Positions 36,573 to 45,122 of a DNA stretch of 64,000 nucleotides are shown here, piece after piece. The position numbers and the translations under genes are program-made. The stretch is from Candidatus Spyradocola sp. (GTDB lineage Bacteria > Bacillota > Clostridia > Christensenellales > UBA1750). The first letter of the stretch is position 1. Each line of letters starts with the position of its first letter. The notes under the pieces were generated by a model that was given only the letters and a program-made list of their open reading frames with translations, made no database searches and was not told the DNA's origin. The stretch lies in NCBI GenBank assembly GCA_050942925.1, contig JBMNOF010000004.1, positions 5,520 through 69,519 on the forward strand, in the 5' to 3' direction.

Positions 36573-37700
36573 ATGCACAGCATTCGACCGACGAGACTGG
36601 AAATCGATTTGGACGCGATCTGCGCCAACTACACAGCCCTGCGCGACGCGGCGGGCGGCACAAAGGCCTTGGCCGTTGTCAAGGCAGATGCGTATGGCCA
36701 TGGCGCGGTGCCCGTGGCCCGCGCGCTTCAGAAAGCGGGCGCGGATATGTTCGCCGTCGCCTTGATTGAGGAGGGCATTCAGCTGCGAGAGGCCGGGATT
36801 TCGGACCCGATCCTCATGCTGGGCGCAACGGACGGCCCCGGAGCGCTGGCCGCTGCGGAATACGGCATCACAGAGGTGGTCTTTACCCGCGATGCGCTCC
36901 TGGCGCTGGAGGGCGCGGCCAAATCCCTCGGCGTGCACGCCAAGGCGCACTTGAAGCTCGACACGGGCATGAACCGCATCGGCGTGCGGACGGAGGAAGA
37001 GCTGCGAGACCTCCTGGACGCCGCGCGCCTTTGCCCCCACGTCGAGATCACCGGCGCGATGACGCATTGCGCCGCCGCAGACGATCCGAACAGCGAGTTT
37101 ACGCTCGAACAGCTCGAACGGTTTGAACGCCTGCTCCGCGTGACGGCGGCGTACGGCCTGCACCTGGAGCGCCATGCGGCGGCTTCCGCGGCCGCGGTGC
37201 GGTACCCGCAGGCCCGCTACGACCGCATCCGCGCAGGCATTGCCCTGTATGGATTCGACCCCACGCACGTGCTCTCGCTCCGGCCGGCCATGCGCTTGGT
37301 CACGCGCGTGACGCACGTCAAGCGCATTGCGCCCGGGGAGACGGTCAGCTATGGCCGGCGCTTTACCGCGCAGCGGGAGACGGACATCGCCACCATCCCC
37401 ATTGGCTACGCCGACGGCTACCGCCGCGCCTTCTCCAACCGCGCGCAGGCGCTGGTGCACGGCGTGCGCGTTCCGGTCGCAGGCTCGGTCTGCATGGACC
37501 AGGTGATGCTGGACGTCACGGGTCTTTCGGTTCGGCCGGGCGACGAGGTCGTACTCCTGGGCCGGCAGGGGGAGCAGGAGATCACGAGCGAGGAGCTGGC
37601 GGACCTGGCCGAGACCATTCCCTACGAGATCATGACGGGGATTTCCGCCCGCGTCCCCCGCGTCTATCCCGGCGCAGCCCCGGAGGAAGAGGATGTGTGA
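36573..37700 (+). CDS. alr: alanine racemase
   Basis: AVVKADAYGHG PLP-lysine motif. 375 aa. AAGGAG upstream. Confidence 0.9.
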   Translation: MHSIRPTRLEIDLDAICANYTALRDAAGGTKALAVVKADAYGHGAVPVARALQKAGADMFAVALIEEGIQLREAGISDPILMLGATDGPGALAAAEYGITEVVFTRDALLALEGAAKSLGVHAKAHLKLDTGMNRIGVRTEEELRDLLDAARLCPHVEITGAMTHCAAADDPNSEFTLEQLERFERLLRVTAAYGLHLERHAAASAAAVRYPQARYDRIRAGIALYGFDPTHVLSLRPAMRLVTRVTHVKRIAPGETVSYGRRFTAQRETDIATIPIGYADGYRRAFSNRAQALVHGVRVPVAGSVCMDQVMLDVTGLSVRPGDEVVLLGRQGEQEITSEELADLAETIPYEIMTGISARVPRVYPGAAPEEEDV

Positions 37701-38244
37701 CAAGCGCGCCCTTCGCGCGCAAGGCAGGCGCGTGCGCGATGCCATCCCCGACCGGCGCGGCCGAAGCGCAAAACTCTGTGCGCAGATCCTGACGCTTCCG
37801 GAGTTTGTCCGGGCGCGCTGCGTCTTTGCCTATGCGGCGACGGGGAGCGAGGTCGACCTCGACCCCGTCATCGAGGCGGCGCTGGCAGCGGGAAAGACCG
37901 TCTGCCTCCCGGTCTGCCGGGAGAAAGGGCGGATGGACGCCGTGCGCCTGGATGCGCAGGCGGAGCTGGTGCCGGGCGCTTTCGGCATCCGGGAGCCTCG
38001 AGGGGAGGTTGTTCCCGCGGAGCAACTGGACCTGGTCCTTTGTCCCGGGCTCGCCTTTGACCGGCGCGGCGGGCGGCTCGGGTACGGGGGCGGGTATTAC
38101 GACCGGTATTTGGTAAAAGTTCACGCGTTTTTGGTGGGAATATGCTTTACGGATTGCATCGTCGACGCCGTGCCCACGGGCCCGCACGACGTGCTCATGA
38201 ACGCGCTCGCGTGCGAGGCGGGCATCCTACGCATCGGAGGTTGA
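37693..38244 (+). CDS. 5-formyltetrahydrofolate cyclo-ligase
   Basis: GLAFDRRGGRLGYGGGYYDRYL motif. The start overlaps the alr stop. Confidence 0.85.
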   Translation: MCDKRALRAQGRRVRDAIPDRRGRSAKLCAQILTLPEFVRARCVFAYAATGSEVDLDPVIEAALAAGKTVCLPVCREKGRMDAVRLDAQAELVPGAFGIREPRGEVVPAEQLDLVLCPGLAFDRRGGRLGYGGGYYDRYLVKVHAFLVGICFTDCIVDAVPTGPHDVLMNALACEAGILRIGG

Positions 38245-38251
38245 GATCGGA

Positions 38252-38851
38252 ATGAAGGACATCGCAAAGTTTGCAGGCACGACGTTGCTGCTCCTTTTGA
38301 CGCTCACGCTGGTGAGCCTGGTGTTCATCCAGTCCTTTATGGGCGACTACGAGTGGGTCAACATCACCTTGACGACCGTGTACGCGCTGGTGACGCTGGC
38401 CGCCGTGGTCTACGACGGGATTCAGCGCGGCGTGCAGGACTGCAAGTACGCTGCACTCATGGAGCGGCAGGAAAAGGAGCGCGGCCACGTCCTAACCCAG
38501 GCGGAACGCGCGCGCATGTACAGCCCGAAAAAAGGCTGGCTGGCGGGGTTTCTCGGCATGTCGCCCCTTCTTTTGCTGGCCATTGTGGCCGTCTGCTTTG
38601 GGCAGAACGCACCTGTTCTCCTGACGCTGTTTGTGCGCGTTTCGCAGGGCACAGTGCTCGGCGCGTTCCAGTACGTGGAGGACCTGCTGCCGTGGTTCTA
38701 CCTGGTCGCGCCGGTCGTCTTTGCGCTGTGCGTGGGGATCGGGTATTTGACCGGCCCCAAGATGTGGGCGCGCCAGGTGAAGATGATGGAAAAGGCAAAG
38801 AAGGAAAAGCGCCACCGCGTCGCGCGCCGCCGGAAGAAGAAAACCGCATAG
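38252..38851 (+). CDS. hypothetical membrane protein with basic C-terminal tail
   Basis: 199 aa, about four hydrophobic helices. C-terminal KEKRHRVARRRKKKTA. No family recognised. Confidence 0.55.
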   Translation: MKDIAKFAGTTLLLLLTLTLVSLVFIQSFMGDYEWVNITLTTVYALVTLAAVVYDGIQRGVQDCKYAALMERQEKERGHVLTQAERARMYSPKKGWLAGFLGMSPLLLLAIVAVCFGQNAPVLLTLFVRVSQGTVLGAFQYVEDLLPWFYLVAPVVFALCVGIGYLTGPKMWARQVKMMEKAKKEKRHRVARRRKKKTA

Positions 38852-38857
38852 CCGCTC

Positions 38858-38886
38858 AGGGCCTTTTCTGCAAAGGCCCTTTTTTG
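38858..38886 (+). terminator. rho-independent terminator
   Basis: AGGGCCTTT-TCTGC-AAAGGCCCT followed by T6. Confidence 0.85.
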
Positions 38887-38890
38887 ACGC

Positions 38891-38916
38891 AAAAAAAAGA
38901 GGCTTTTGCGGCCTCT
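38891..38916 (-). terminator. orphan minus-strand terminator
   Basis: On the minus strand: AGAGGC-CGCAAAA-GCCTCT followed by T8. There is no minus-strand CDS upstream of it. Confidence 0.45.
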
Positions 38917-39029
38917 AGTGTAGAGTAGGAGGAGTGACCAACGATACTGCCGAATCGCTTTCGGCAAGAATAGTTTGACCTGCTCTGCCTGGATTATGCG
39001 GGAAAGTTTGAAATTTGGGCAGGTTTTTG

Positions 39030-39058
39030 TTGTGACGATCCGGCTTTTGTGGTATGAT
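39030..39058 (+). promoter_or_regulatory. promoter of rsmD-coaD operon
   Basis: TTGTGA (39030-39035), 17 nt, TGgTATGAT extended -10 (39050-39058). Confidence 0.5.
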
Positions 39059-39095
39059 GATAGAACCGAAGGTTTGATTCGGAGGAGGCTTACGA

Positions 39096-39638
39096 ATGAG
39101 AATCATTTCCGGGCAGGCCAGAGGGAGGAAACTTGTGACGCTGGAAGGGGAGGCAACCCGTCCAACGCTGGACAGAACGCGGGAGGCGCTCTTCAATATT
39201 TTGCAGACGCGCGTGCGGGGAGCAAAGGTCCTGGACCTGTTTGCCGGGTCGGGGGCGCTGGGCTTGGAGGCCCTGTCCCGCGGCGCACAAAGCGCGGTTT
39301 TTTGCGACAACTCCCGCCAAGCCTGCGACGTCATCCGCAAGAACATCGACGCGGTGCGCGTGGGCGATCGTTCGCGCTTGCTCTGCTGCGACGCCATGGA
39401 TGCGCTCAAGCGGCTTGCGGGCGAGCGCTTTGACCTCGTCTTTCTCGATCCGCCCTATCGAAAGGGACTGGTGGATCAGGCACTGCGTGGACTCCTTGCG
39501 GCGCAGGCGCTGGAGCCCGAAGCCCTTGTTGTGGTGGAAACCGCACAGGAAGAGGCCTTTGATTTGCCGGAGTCCCTGCGCATTGCGGACAGCAGAAAGT
39601 ACGGAAAATCCCGCCTGCACTTCCTCGTGCCGGCGTGA
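39096..39638 (+). CDS. rsmD: 16S rRNA (guanine966-N2)-methyltransferase RsmD
   Basis: MRIISGQARGRKL...RPTLDRTREALFNIL, VLDLFAGSGALGLEALSRGA, VFLDPPY. Confidence 0.9.
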   Translation: MRIISGQARGRKLVTLEGEATRPTLDRTREALFNILQTRVRGAKVLDLFAGSGALGLEALSRGAQSAVFCDNSRQACDVIRKNIDAVRVGDRSRLLCCDAMDALKRLAGERFDLVFLDPPYRKGLVDQALRGLLAAQALEPEALVVVETAQEEAFDLPESLRIADSRKYGKSRLHFLVPA

Positions 39639-39655
39639 AAGGAGAGGCGCAGAAG

Positions 39656-40153
39656 ATGAAACGCGTAGCGCTGTATCCAGGTTCCTTCGACCCCTTTACA
39701 TTGGGCCATCTGGACATTGTGCAGAGGCTTTCCCCCTTATATGACGAGGTGGTCGTGGCCGTCATGAGCAACCCGAACAAGACGCCCTATCTTTCCGAGG
39801 CGCTGCGCGTGCGCAGCATTGAGCAGAGCGTTTCGCATTTGCCCAACGTGCGCGTGCTCTCCGGTGTGCGGGCAACGGTCGACGCGGCCCGGCAGGTCGG
39901 GGCGCGGACCATGATTCGGGGCTTGCGCTCTGTGACGGATTTTGAATACGAGTCGACGCTTGCGGCAGGCTATCGGTATATGGCGCCAGAGATCGAGACG
40001 CTGTTCCTGTTGGCCAAGCCGGAGCATGGGGACATCCGTTCCTCGCTGGTGCGCGAGATTCACGCGCTGGGCGGCGATGTCTCCGCACTCGTGCCGGCGC
40101 CGGTGCTGTCCGCGCTCGCGCAGAAGACCCCCCGAAAGGAGAACGAAAAATGA
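39656..40153 (+). CDS. coaD: pantetheine-phosphate adenylyltransferase
   Basis: MKRVALYPGSFDPFTLGHLDIV. ATG 39656 with AAAGGAGAGG upstream. Confidence 0.95.
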   Translation: MKRVALYPGSFDPFTLGHLDIVQRLSPLYDEVVVAVMSNPNKTPYLSEALRVRSIEQSVSHLPNVRVLSGVRATVDAARQVGARTMIRGLRSVTDFEYESTLAAGYRYMAPEIETLFLLAKPEHGDIRSSLVREIHALGGDVSALVPAPVLSALAQKTPRKENEK

Positions 40154-40635
40154 ACGTAATGGCTCTTTTGGAATATTTGGACGAGGAGCTGAGCAAGTCC
40201 GCGACCGTGCCGCTGACGGGCAAGCGCTTGGTGGATGTGGAGAAGTGCTTGGACATCGTGAGCGAACTGCGCGTCACCCTTCCGGACGACGTCAAGGACG
40301 CGGAAGTCATCGTGCGCGATCGGGAACAGATCCTCGCCGACGCCCAGCGCCAGGCGGAGCAAATCGTGGCCGATGCGCAGCAGCAGTTTGAGCAGATGGT
40401 CAGCAACCACGCCATCGTGCAGGAGGCCCAGCGCCGCGCCAACGCCATCGTAAAGGACGCCATGGCCAAGGCCGACGAAGAGGCGGACAGCTGCACTGCG
40501 TATCTCAACGACGTGCTCGGCAACGTGGAGCAGCACCTGAAGCGCGTGCTGGACGACGTGCACCAGAACCGCATGGAGGTCACGAGCAACGGGGATGGCG
40601 GGAACGGCGGCAACAACGCCCGCGGCGGAAGATAA
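40150..40635 (+). CDS. hypothetical coiled-coil protein (ATPase subunit H/b-like)
   Basis: 161 aa. ATGA overlap with coaD. Long Ala/Gln/Glu-rich helix and a Gly/Asn-rich tail. Confidence 0.55.
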   Translation: MNVMALLEYLDEELSKSATVPLTGKRLVDVEKCLDIVSELRVTLPDDVKDAEVIVRDREQILADAQRQAEQIVADAQQQFEQMVSNHAIVQEAQRRANAIVKDAMAKADEEADSCTAYLNDVLGNVEQHLKRVLDDVHQNRMEVTSNGDGGNGGNNARGGR

Positions 40636-40651
40636 CAGAGGAAAAGAGATC

Positions 40652-40681
40652 GGGGAAGGGGAGATTGCCCCTTCCTTTTTG
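40652..40681. terminator. terminator between convergent genes
   Basis: GGAAGGGG-AGATTG-CCCCTTCC followed by T5. Confidence 0.7.
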
Positions 40682-40693
40682 CATCGCGGTCCC

Positions 40694-41791
40694 TCAATGC
40701 GGCCGAAGAAGGCGACGCCAGGGCAGCAGGGAATAGCCCAGGCATAGCAGAAGCGTCGGAACCGCAAGGGGGCTGGAGGGCGGCGGAGCGGCCAGGACCG
40801 CCTCGGTGGCAAAGGCGGGAAGAGACGCGCCGAAGAACAGCCAAATCCCCCGGCACAGTGCAAAGGAGAGAACGGCGTGCGTCAAGCGCTGCAGCAGGTA
40901 GGTGCGCGCAGGAACGGCGCCATCCAGAAACACCTGCGCCTGGCAAAATACTGAGAGCCCTCCGAAGGCGCAGAGCGCGCACAGGATCGACGCGCGCACT
41001 GGAAGCGGAAGCGCGCACGCCGCCGCGATCCGGCAGCCGTTGCTGACCTCCAGCGCGCCCGCGAGCAGCGCCTCCACCGCCTCGGGCGGAAGGAGGAAGA
41101 ACAGAACGCGCTGCAAGGCCGCGACTGCGCCGATGGCTTCGAGCACACTGGAGAGCGCGGAAAAGACCGCGATCGCTCCGCCGATGAACAGCGCGGACAG
41201 ACAGCTCGCGCGCAGGGCCTCGGGAAGTGCGTGCAGCAGCGCCGGGGACGCGGGAGCGGCGGACGCTTTGCACGCCGGACGCGGTGCGGGACCATGCCCG
41301 CGCCAGAGCAGTCCATTGCATATTGCCGCCAGAAGATGGATACCATAAATCAGCCCGCCCAGAAGGGGATTTCCCAGGGCCAGACCGACCGTGCCCACGA
41401 GAAAGAGCGGGCTTGTCACCGTGATGGCGGAAAGCAGGCGAGCCGTTTCCGAGGAAGTCAGCTCCCCGCGCGCGACGAGCGCAGCGGCGAGCCGCGCACC
41501 GTTTGGCGCGCCGGAGAGCCAGCCCGCCAACAACACGCCGCCCGCGTTCCGCGGGATGCGCAGCAGACGGCAGAGCGGGGAAACGATCGGGGAAAGCGCG
41601 TGCAGCGTCCCGCTCTCCAGCAGCAGGGACGTCAGCACGAAGAAGGGCAAAAGCGCGGGCAAAACTGCGTTGGCCCAGAGCGAAAAACCCGTCCGCACGC
41701 CCTGCATCGCGGCTTGCGGATAGAGAAAGAGCAGCGCCAAAAGCGCGCCCAGGACGAGAGCTTGCCATCGATTGCGCAGGCCTTGCCACAT
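40694..41791 (-). CDS. ylbJ: sporulation integral membrane protein YlbJ
   Basis: Real part of listed ORF 40694-41980. MWQGLRNRW...GVRTGFSLWANAVLPALLPFFVL nucleoside-recognition-type membrane protein. The second ATG lies 6 nt after GGGGGA. Confidence 0.8.
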   Translation of the reverse strand: MWQGLRNRWQALVLGALLALLFLYPQAAMQGVRTGFSLWANAVLPALLPFFVLTSLLLESGTLHALSPIVSPLCRLLRIPRNAGGVLLAGWLSGAPNGARLAAALVARGELTSSETARLLSAITVTSPLFLVGTVGLALGNPLLGGLIYGIHLLAAICNGLLWRGHGPAPRPACKASAAPASPALLHALPEALRASCLSALFIGGAIAVFSALSSVLEAIGAVAALQRVLFFLLPPEAVEALLAGALEVSNGCRIAAACALPLPVRASILCALCAFGGLSVFCQAQVFLDGAVPARTYLLQRLTHAVLSFALCRGIWLFFGASLPAFATEAVLAAPPPSSPLAVPTLLLCLGYSLLPWRRLLRPH

Positions 41792-41849
41792 GCGCATTCC
41801 CCCTTTTTGCGTGCGTACAGTGCAATTTATGAAAAGAGGAGGAGACATT

Positions 41850-42671
41850 ATGCAGGAGGATTCCCTTCGCCTTGGCGTGGCCCTGGGGGGCGGCGCCTTT
41901 CGCGGTTTGGCGCACATCGGCGTCTTGCAGGCGCTGGAGGCGCACGGCCTCGCACCCTGCGCGATTGCCGGCACGAGCATGGGCGCGCTGGTGGGCGGCG
42001 TCTATGCGTGCGGCATGAACCTTCGGCTGATGGAAAGGTTTTGCGCCTCCATCGACGAAAAGGACTTGGTGGACGTCGCCCTGCCCACGGAGGGAATCCT
42101 CGCGGGGAACCGCATTGAGCTCCTCTTGCGCACGCTCACGGGAAACCGGACGTTTGACCAGGCAAAGATCCCCTTTGCGGCCGTGGCCACGGACTTGGAG
42201 CTCGGCAAGCGCGCGGTGCTCAGCGAGGGCCTGCTCTACCAGGCCATTCGCGCCTCGATCTCCATCCCTGGCATCTTCAAGCCCTACCGGCTCAACGGGC
42301 GCACCTATGTGGACGGCGGCGTTGTGGACCGCGTCCCCGTGACCACGGCACGCGCCATGGGTGCAGACTTCGTCCTGGCCGTGGACGTGGGGTATCGGGG
42401 CGAGCCGGCCTCCTGCGAGGGCATTGCCAAGGTCATCCTGCACTCCCTGGAGATCATGGAGTGGCAGGTCATGCAGCACACCATCAGCACGGCGGACTTT
42501 ACGCTCGTTCCGGCGCTCTCCCACATCAATCCCGCCTCCATCGCGCAGGCCGAGGAGTGCATCCGCATTGGGCGGGAGGAGGCGGAGCGCCGCATGCCAG
42601 AGCTCCTCGCCGCACTGGAACAGAAGCGGGAAGCGCTTTCCGAAGAGCTGCTCCCCGCGCAGGAGAATTAA
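41850..42671 (+). CDS. patatin-like phospholipase (YlbK-like)
   Basis: GGGAFRG oxyanion motif, GTSMGA nucleophile, DGG catalytic Asp. ATG 41850 with AGAGGAGGAG upstream. Confidence 0.85.
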   Translation: MQEDSLRLGVALGGGAFRGLAHIGVLQALEAHGLAPCAIAGTSMGALVGGVYACGMNLRLMERFCASIDEKDLVDVALPTEGILAGNRIELLLRTLTGNRTFDQAKIPFAAVATDLELGKRAVLSEGLLYQAIRASISIPGIFKPYRLNGRTYVDGGVVDRVPVTTARAMGADFVLAVDVGYRGEPASCEGIAKVILHSLEIMEWQVMQHTISTADFTLVPALSHINPASIAQAEECIRIGREEAERRMPELLAALEQKREALSEELLPAQEN

Positions 42672-42714
42672 AAAAGACGGACGGCCGCAATGCTGCGGCC
42701 GTCCGCCTTTTTTG
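42671..42714. terminator. bidirectional rho-independent terminator
   Basis: A5, then GGACGGCCGCA-ATGC-TGCGGCCGTCC (perfect 11-bp stem), then T6. Confidence 0.9.
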
Positions 42715-42719
42715 CAAGG

Positions 42720-43868
42720 TCAGCTCGGGAGAATGCGCAGGCGCGAGGTGAAATCGCGTCGGCCGGGAAAGCCCGCGGCAAGATCCCAAACGTCTTGCGC
42801 GGCAAGATCCAGGGTTAGCAGCGCGCTTTGCGGCGCATCGGCAACCTTGGTCAGCAGGGGAAGCGTCCCCTGGCGGGAGATGGCGCGCAGAAGCGGTTCC
42901 GCGCGCTTGCGGAACCCAAGCACGCGCGCGTATTCCGGTGTGGGATGGGCGCACAGCGCGGCCGCGTCCAGACCGAGGAGGATCTGCACCAGAAGCCGGC
43001 GCAGCCGCGCCGCCGGATAGCGCCGGCATTGCACTGCGGCAAGGAGGCCGTCGATGCCGGAGACAGCTTGCGCCTCCCGGCAGAGGCGGTTTTCCAGTCC
43101 CTCCGGGATGGAGAAGCGGTCGCGCAGCGCGTCCGGCGGCGTCGTGCGCAGAAGATAGAGCAGGATGGAGGAAAAGGAAGCGAGCGACGGCAGGGGCTGC
43201 GGCAGGGCGCAGAGCTGCAGGTCGGCCGCCTCCGGGGGCAGTGCGCGCCGCGCGCCATCCGTGTCCCCGCGGCGGAGCGCGCTGCGCACGGCTGTGGCGG
43301 AGGAGAGGGAATGCAGGCGCTCGTCGTTGTGCGCGGAGGACCGGGCCACGGGGACGGGCTCCATGACGCTGCCCAGGCGACGGATGGCGCGCAGGTACTC
43401 CACGCCAAGGATTACGTTGGGGAGGAGCGCCTGTCCCTGTGCTTGCGCCCGCGCCTGCGGGTGCGAGAGCCCCTGGGCGAGAAGCGCCCGGATGCGAGCG
43501 GAATCCTCCGGCGTTTCCGGCGCCGCAAGGGCTTGCAGGCGGGCAAGATCCGCGTCCTCCGCGCCGAAGGAAAGATGCGTCACGACCCCAAGCCCCTCGA
43601 GCAGGGAGACGCCGCCAAAGGCAAAATCCTGTGCCGCGCGCACCGCAAAGAGCACAGGCAGCTCCAGCACGAGGTCGGCGCCCGCGGCCAGGGCGGCCTG
43701 CGCGCGCGTCCATTTATCCAAAATGGCCGGCTCCCCGCGCTGCACAAAGGGACCGGACATGGCGCAGACGACAAAGTCCGCTCCCGCAAGATCCCGCGCG
43801 CGCGACAAGTGCAGCGCGTGTCCGCGATGGAAGGGGTTGTATTCGCAAATCACGCCACAAACCTTCAT
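42720..43868 (-). CDS. tmcAL: tRNA(Met) cytidine acetate ligase (TmcAL/YlbM)
   Basis: MKVCGVICEYNPFHRGHALHL... is the family N-terminus. The listed ORF extends a further 26 codons, up to 43946. Confidence 0.85.
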   Translation of the reverse strand: MKVCGVICEYNPFHRGHALHLSRARDLAGADFVVCAMSGPFVQRGEPAILDKWTRAQAALAAGADLVLELPVLFAVRAAQDFAFGGVSLLEGLGVVTHLSFGAEDADLARLQALAAPETPEDSARIRALLAQGLSHPQARAQAQGQALLPNVILGVEYLRAIRRLGSVMEPVPVARSSAHNDERLHSLSSATAVRSALRRGDTDGARRALPPEAADLQLCALPQPLPSLASFSSILLYLLRTTPPDALRDRFSIPEGLENRLCREAQAVSGIDGLLAAVQCRRYPAARLRRLLVQILLGLDAAALCAHPTPEYARVLGFRKRAEPLLRAISRQGTLPLLTKVADAPQSALLTLDLAAQDVWDLAAGFPGRRDFTSRLRILPS

Positions 43869-43939
43869 AAAAAACGTGTACTCCTTTGCAAAGCTCCGCA
43901 TTTTGCCGCCTTGCAGGCCGGGACTGCGCAAGATTTGCC

Positions 43940-43968
43940 TTTTCAAATCCGACGAAAAGCGCTATAAT
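43940..43968 (+). promoter_or_regulatory. pta promoter
   Basis: TTTTCA (43940-43945), 17 nt, TATAAT (43963-43968). Confidence 0.5.
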
Positions 43969-44045
43969 GGAAACGGAAAGACCCATTGCAATCCCGCCCA
44001 TGGGGCCCATCCTATATGTTAACACAGGCAAGGAGGAAAAGTAAA

Positions 44046-45035
44046 ATGTCTTTGATGGATCGCATTAAGGCCAAGGCCAAGGCCGACAAAAAGCGCATCG
44101 TCCTTCCCGAGGGCGCCGAGGAGCGCACCGTGAAGGCGGCCGCCATCCTGCTCAAGGAAGGCATCTGCGACGTCATTCTTCTTGGCGATGAGGAGAAGAT
44201 CGCCGCCTATGGCGAGGACCTGACGGGGGCCACCATTCTGAACCCCGCGAAGGCCGACTGCCTGCAGGAATATGCCGACACGCTCTATGAGCTGCGCAAG
44301 GCCAAGGGCATGACGCCCGAAAAGGCGCTGGCCACCATGAAGGACGAGGTCTTCTTCGGCACCATGATGATGAAGAAGAACGCCGCCGACGGCATGGTCT
44401 CGGGCGCGATTCACTCCACCGCGGACACCCTGCGCCCCGCGCTGCAGATCATAAAGACCCAGCCCGGCGTCACCACCGCTTCCTCCTGCTTTGTCATGGA
44501 GATCCCGAACAAGGCCTACGGCCAGGATGGCGTCATGATCTTTGCGGACTGCGCCGTCAACATCGAGCCGGACGCCGAGCAGCTGGCTGCCATCGCCATC
44601 GCTTCGGCCAAGACCGCTCGCGACATCGCCGAGATCGCCGAGCCCAAGGTCGCCATGCTCTCCTTCTCCACCAAGGGAAGCGGCAAGGGCGACATGGTCG
44701 AAAAGGTGGCCAAGGCCACGGCCCGCGTCAAGGAGCTCGCTCCGGACCTCAACGTGGACGGCGAACTGCAGGCGGATGCCGCCCTGGTCGAGAAGGTCGG
44801 CCAGCTCAAGTCCCCCGGCTCCACCGTTGCCGGCCATGCCAACGTCCTGATCTTCCCGTCCCTGGAGGCGGGCAACATCGGCTACAAGCTCGTGCAGCGC
44901 CTTGCCGGCGCCGAGGCCATCGGCCCGGTGATGCAGGGCCTGGCTCGTCCTGTCAACGACCTGTCCCGCGGCTGCTCCGTGGACGACATCGTCTCGCTGT
45001 GCGCGCTGACCGCTGTGCAGGCGCAGCAGAAGTAA
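44046..45035 (+). CDS. pta: phosphate acetyltransferase
   Basis: MSLMDRIKAKAKADKKRIVLPEGAEERT... AAGGAGG upstream. Confidence 0.95.
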   Translation: MSLMDRIKAKAKADKKRIVLPEGAEERTVKAAAILLKEGICDVILLGDEEKIAAYGEDLTGATILNPAKADCLQEYADTLYELRKAKGMTPEKALATMKDEVFFGTMMMKKNAADGMVSGAIHSTADTLRPALQIIKTQPGVTTASSCFVMEIPNKAYGQDGVMIFADCAVNIEPDAEQLAAIAIASAKTARDIAEIAEPKVAMLSFSTKGSGKGDMVEKVAKATARVKELAPDLNVDGELQADAALVEKVGQLKSPGSTVAGHANVLIFPSLEAGNIGYKLVQRLAGAEAIGPVMQGLARPVNDLSRGCSVDDIVSLCALTAVQAQQK

Positions 45036-45122
45036 GAAGAACAAAACACGGGTTTCTGGAGATGGGGAAGGGCGGAAGCGCTCCGCCCTTCCCTCTATGT
45101 GACTGAGTAGGGAGATAGAACA

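Noticed and set aside
39762-42524. 920-aa minus-strand ORF. The 810-aa minus-strand ORF at 44019-46451 is a similar case.
   Set aside because: Both span several well-supported genes on both strands and cross strong terminators. The translations are Arg/Pro/Ala/Ser-rich.
43950-43968. cre (CcpA)-like sequence GAAAAGCGCTATAA upstream of pta
   Set aside because: Only the central AGCGCT matches. The flanking TG and CA positions do not match. The sequence is better explained as the -10 region of the pta promoter.
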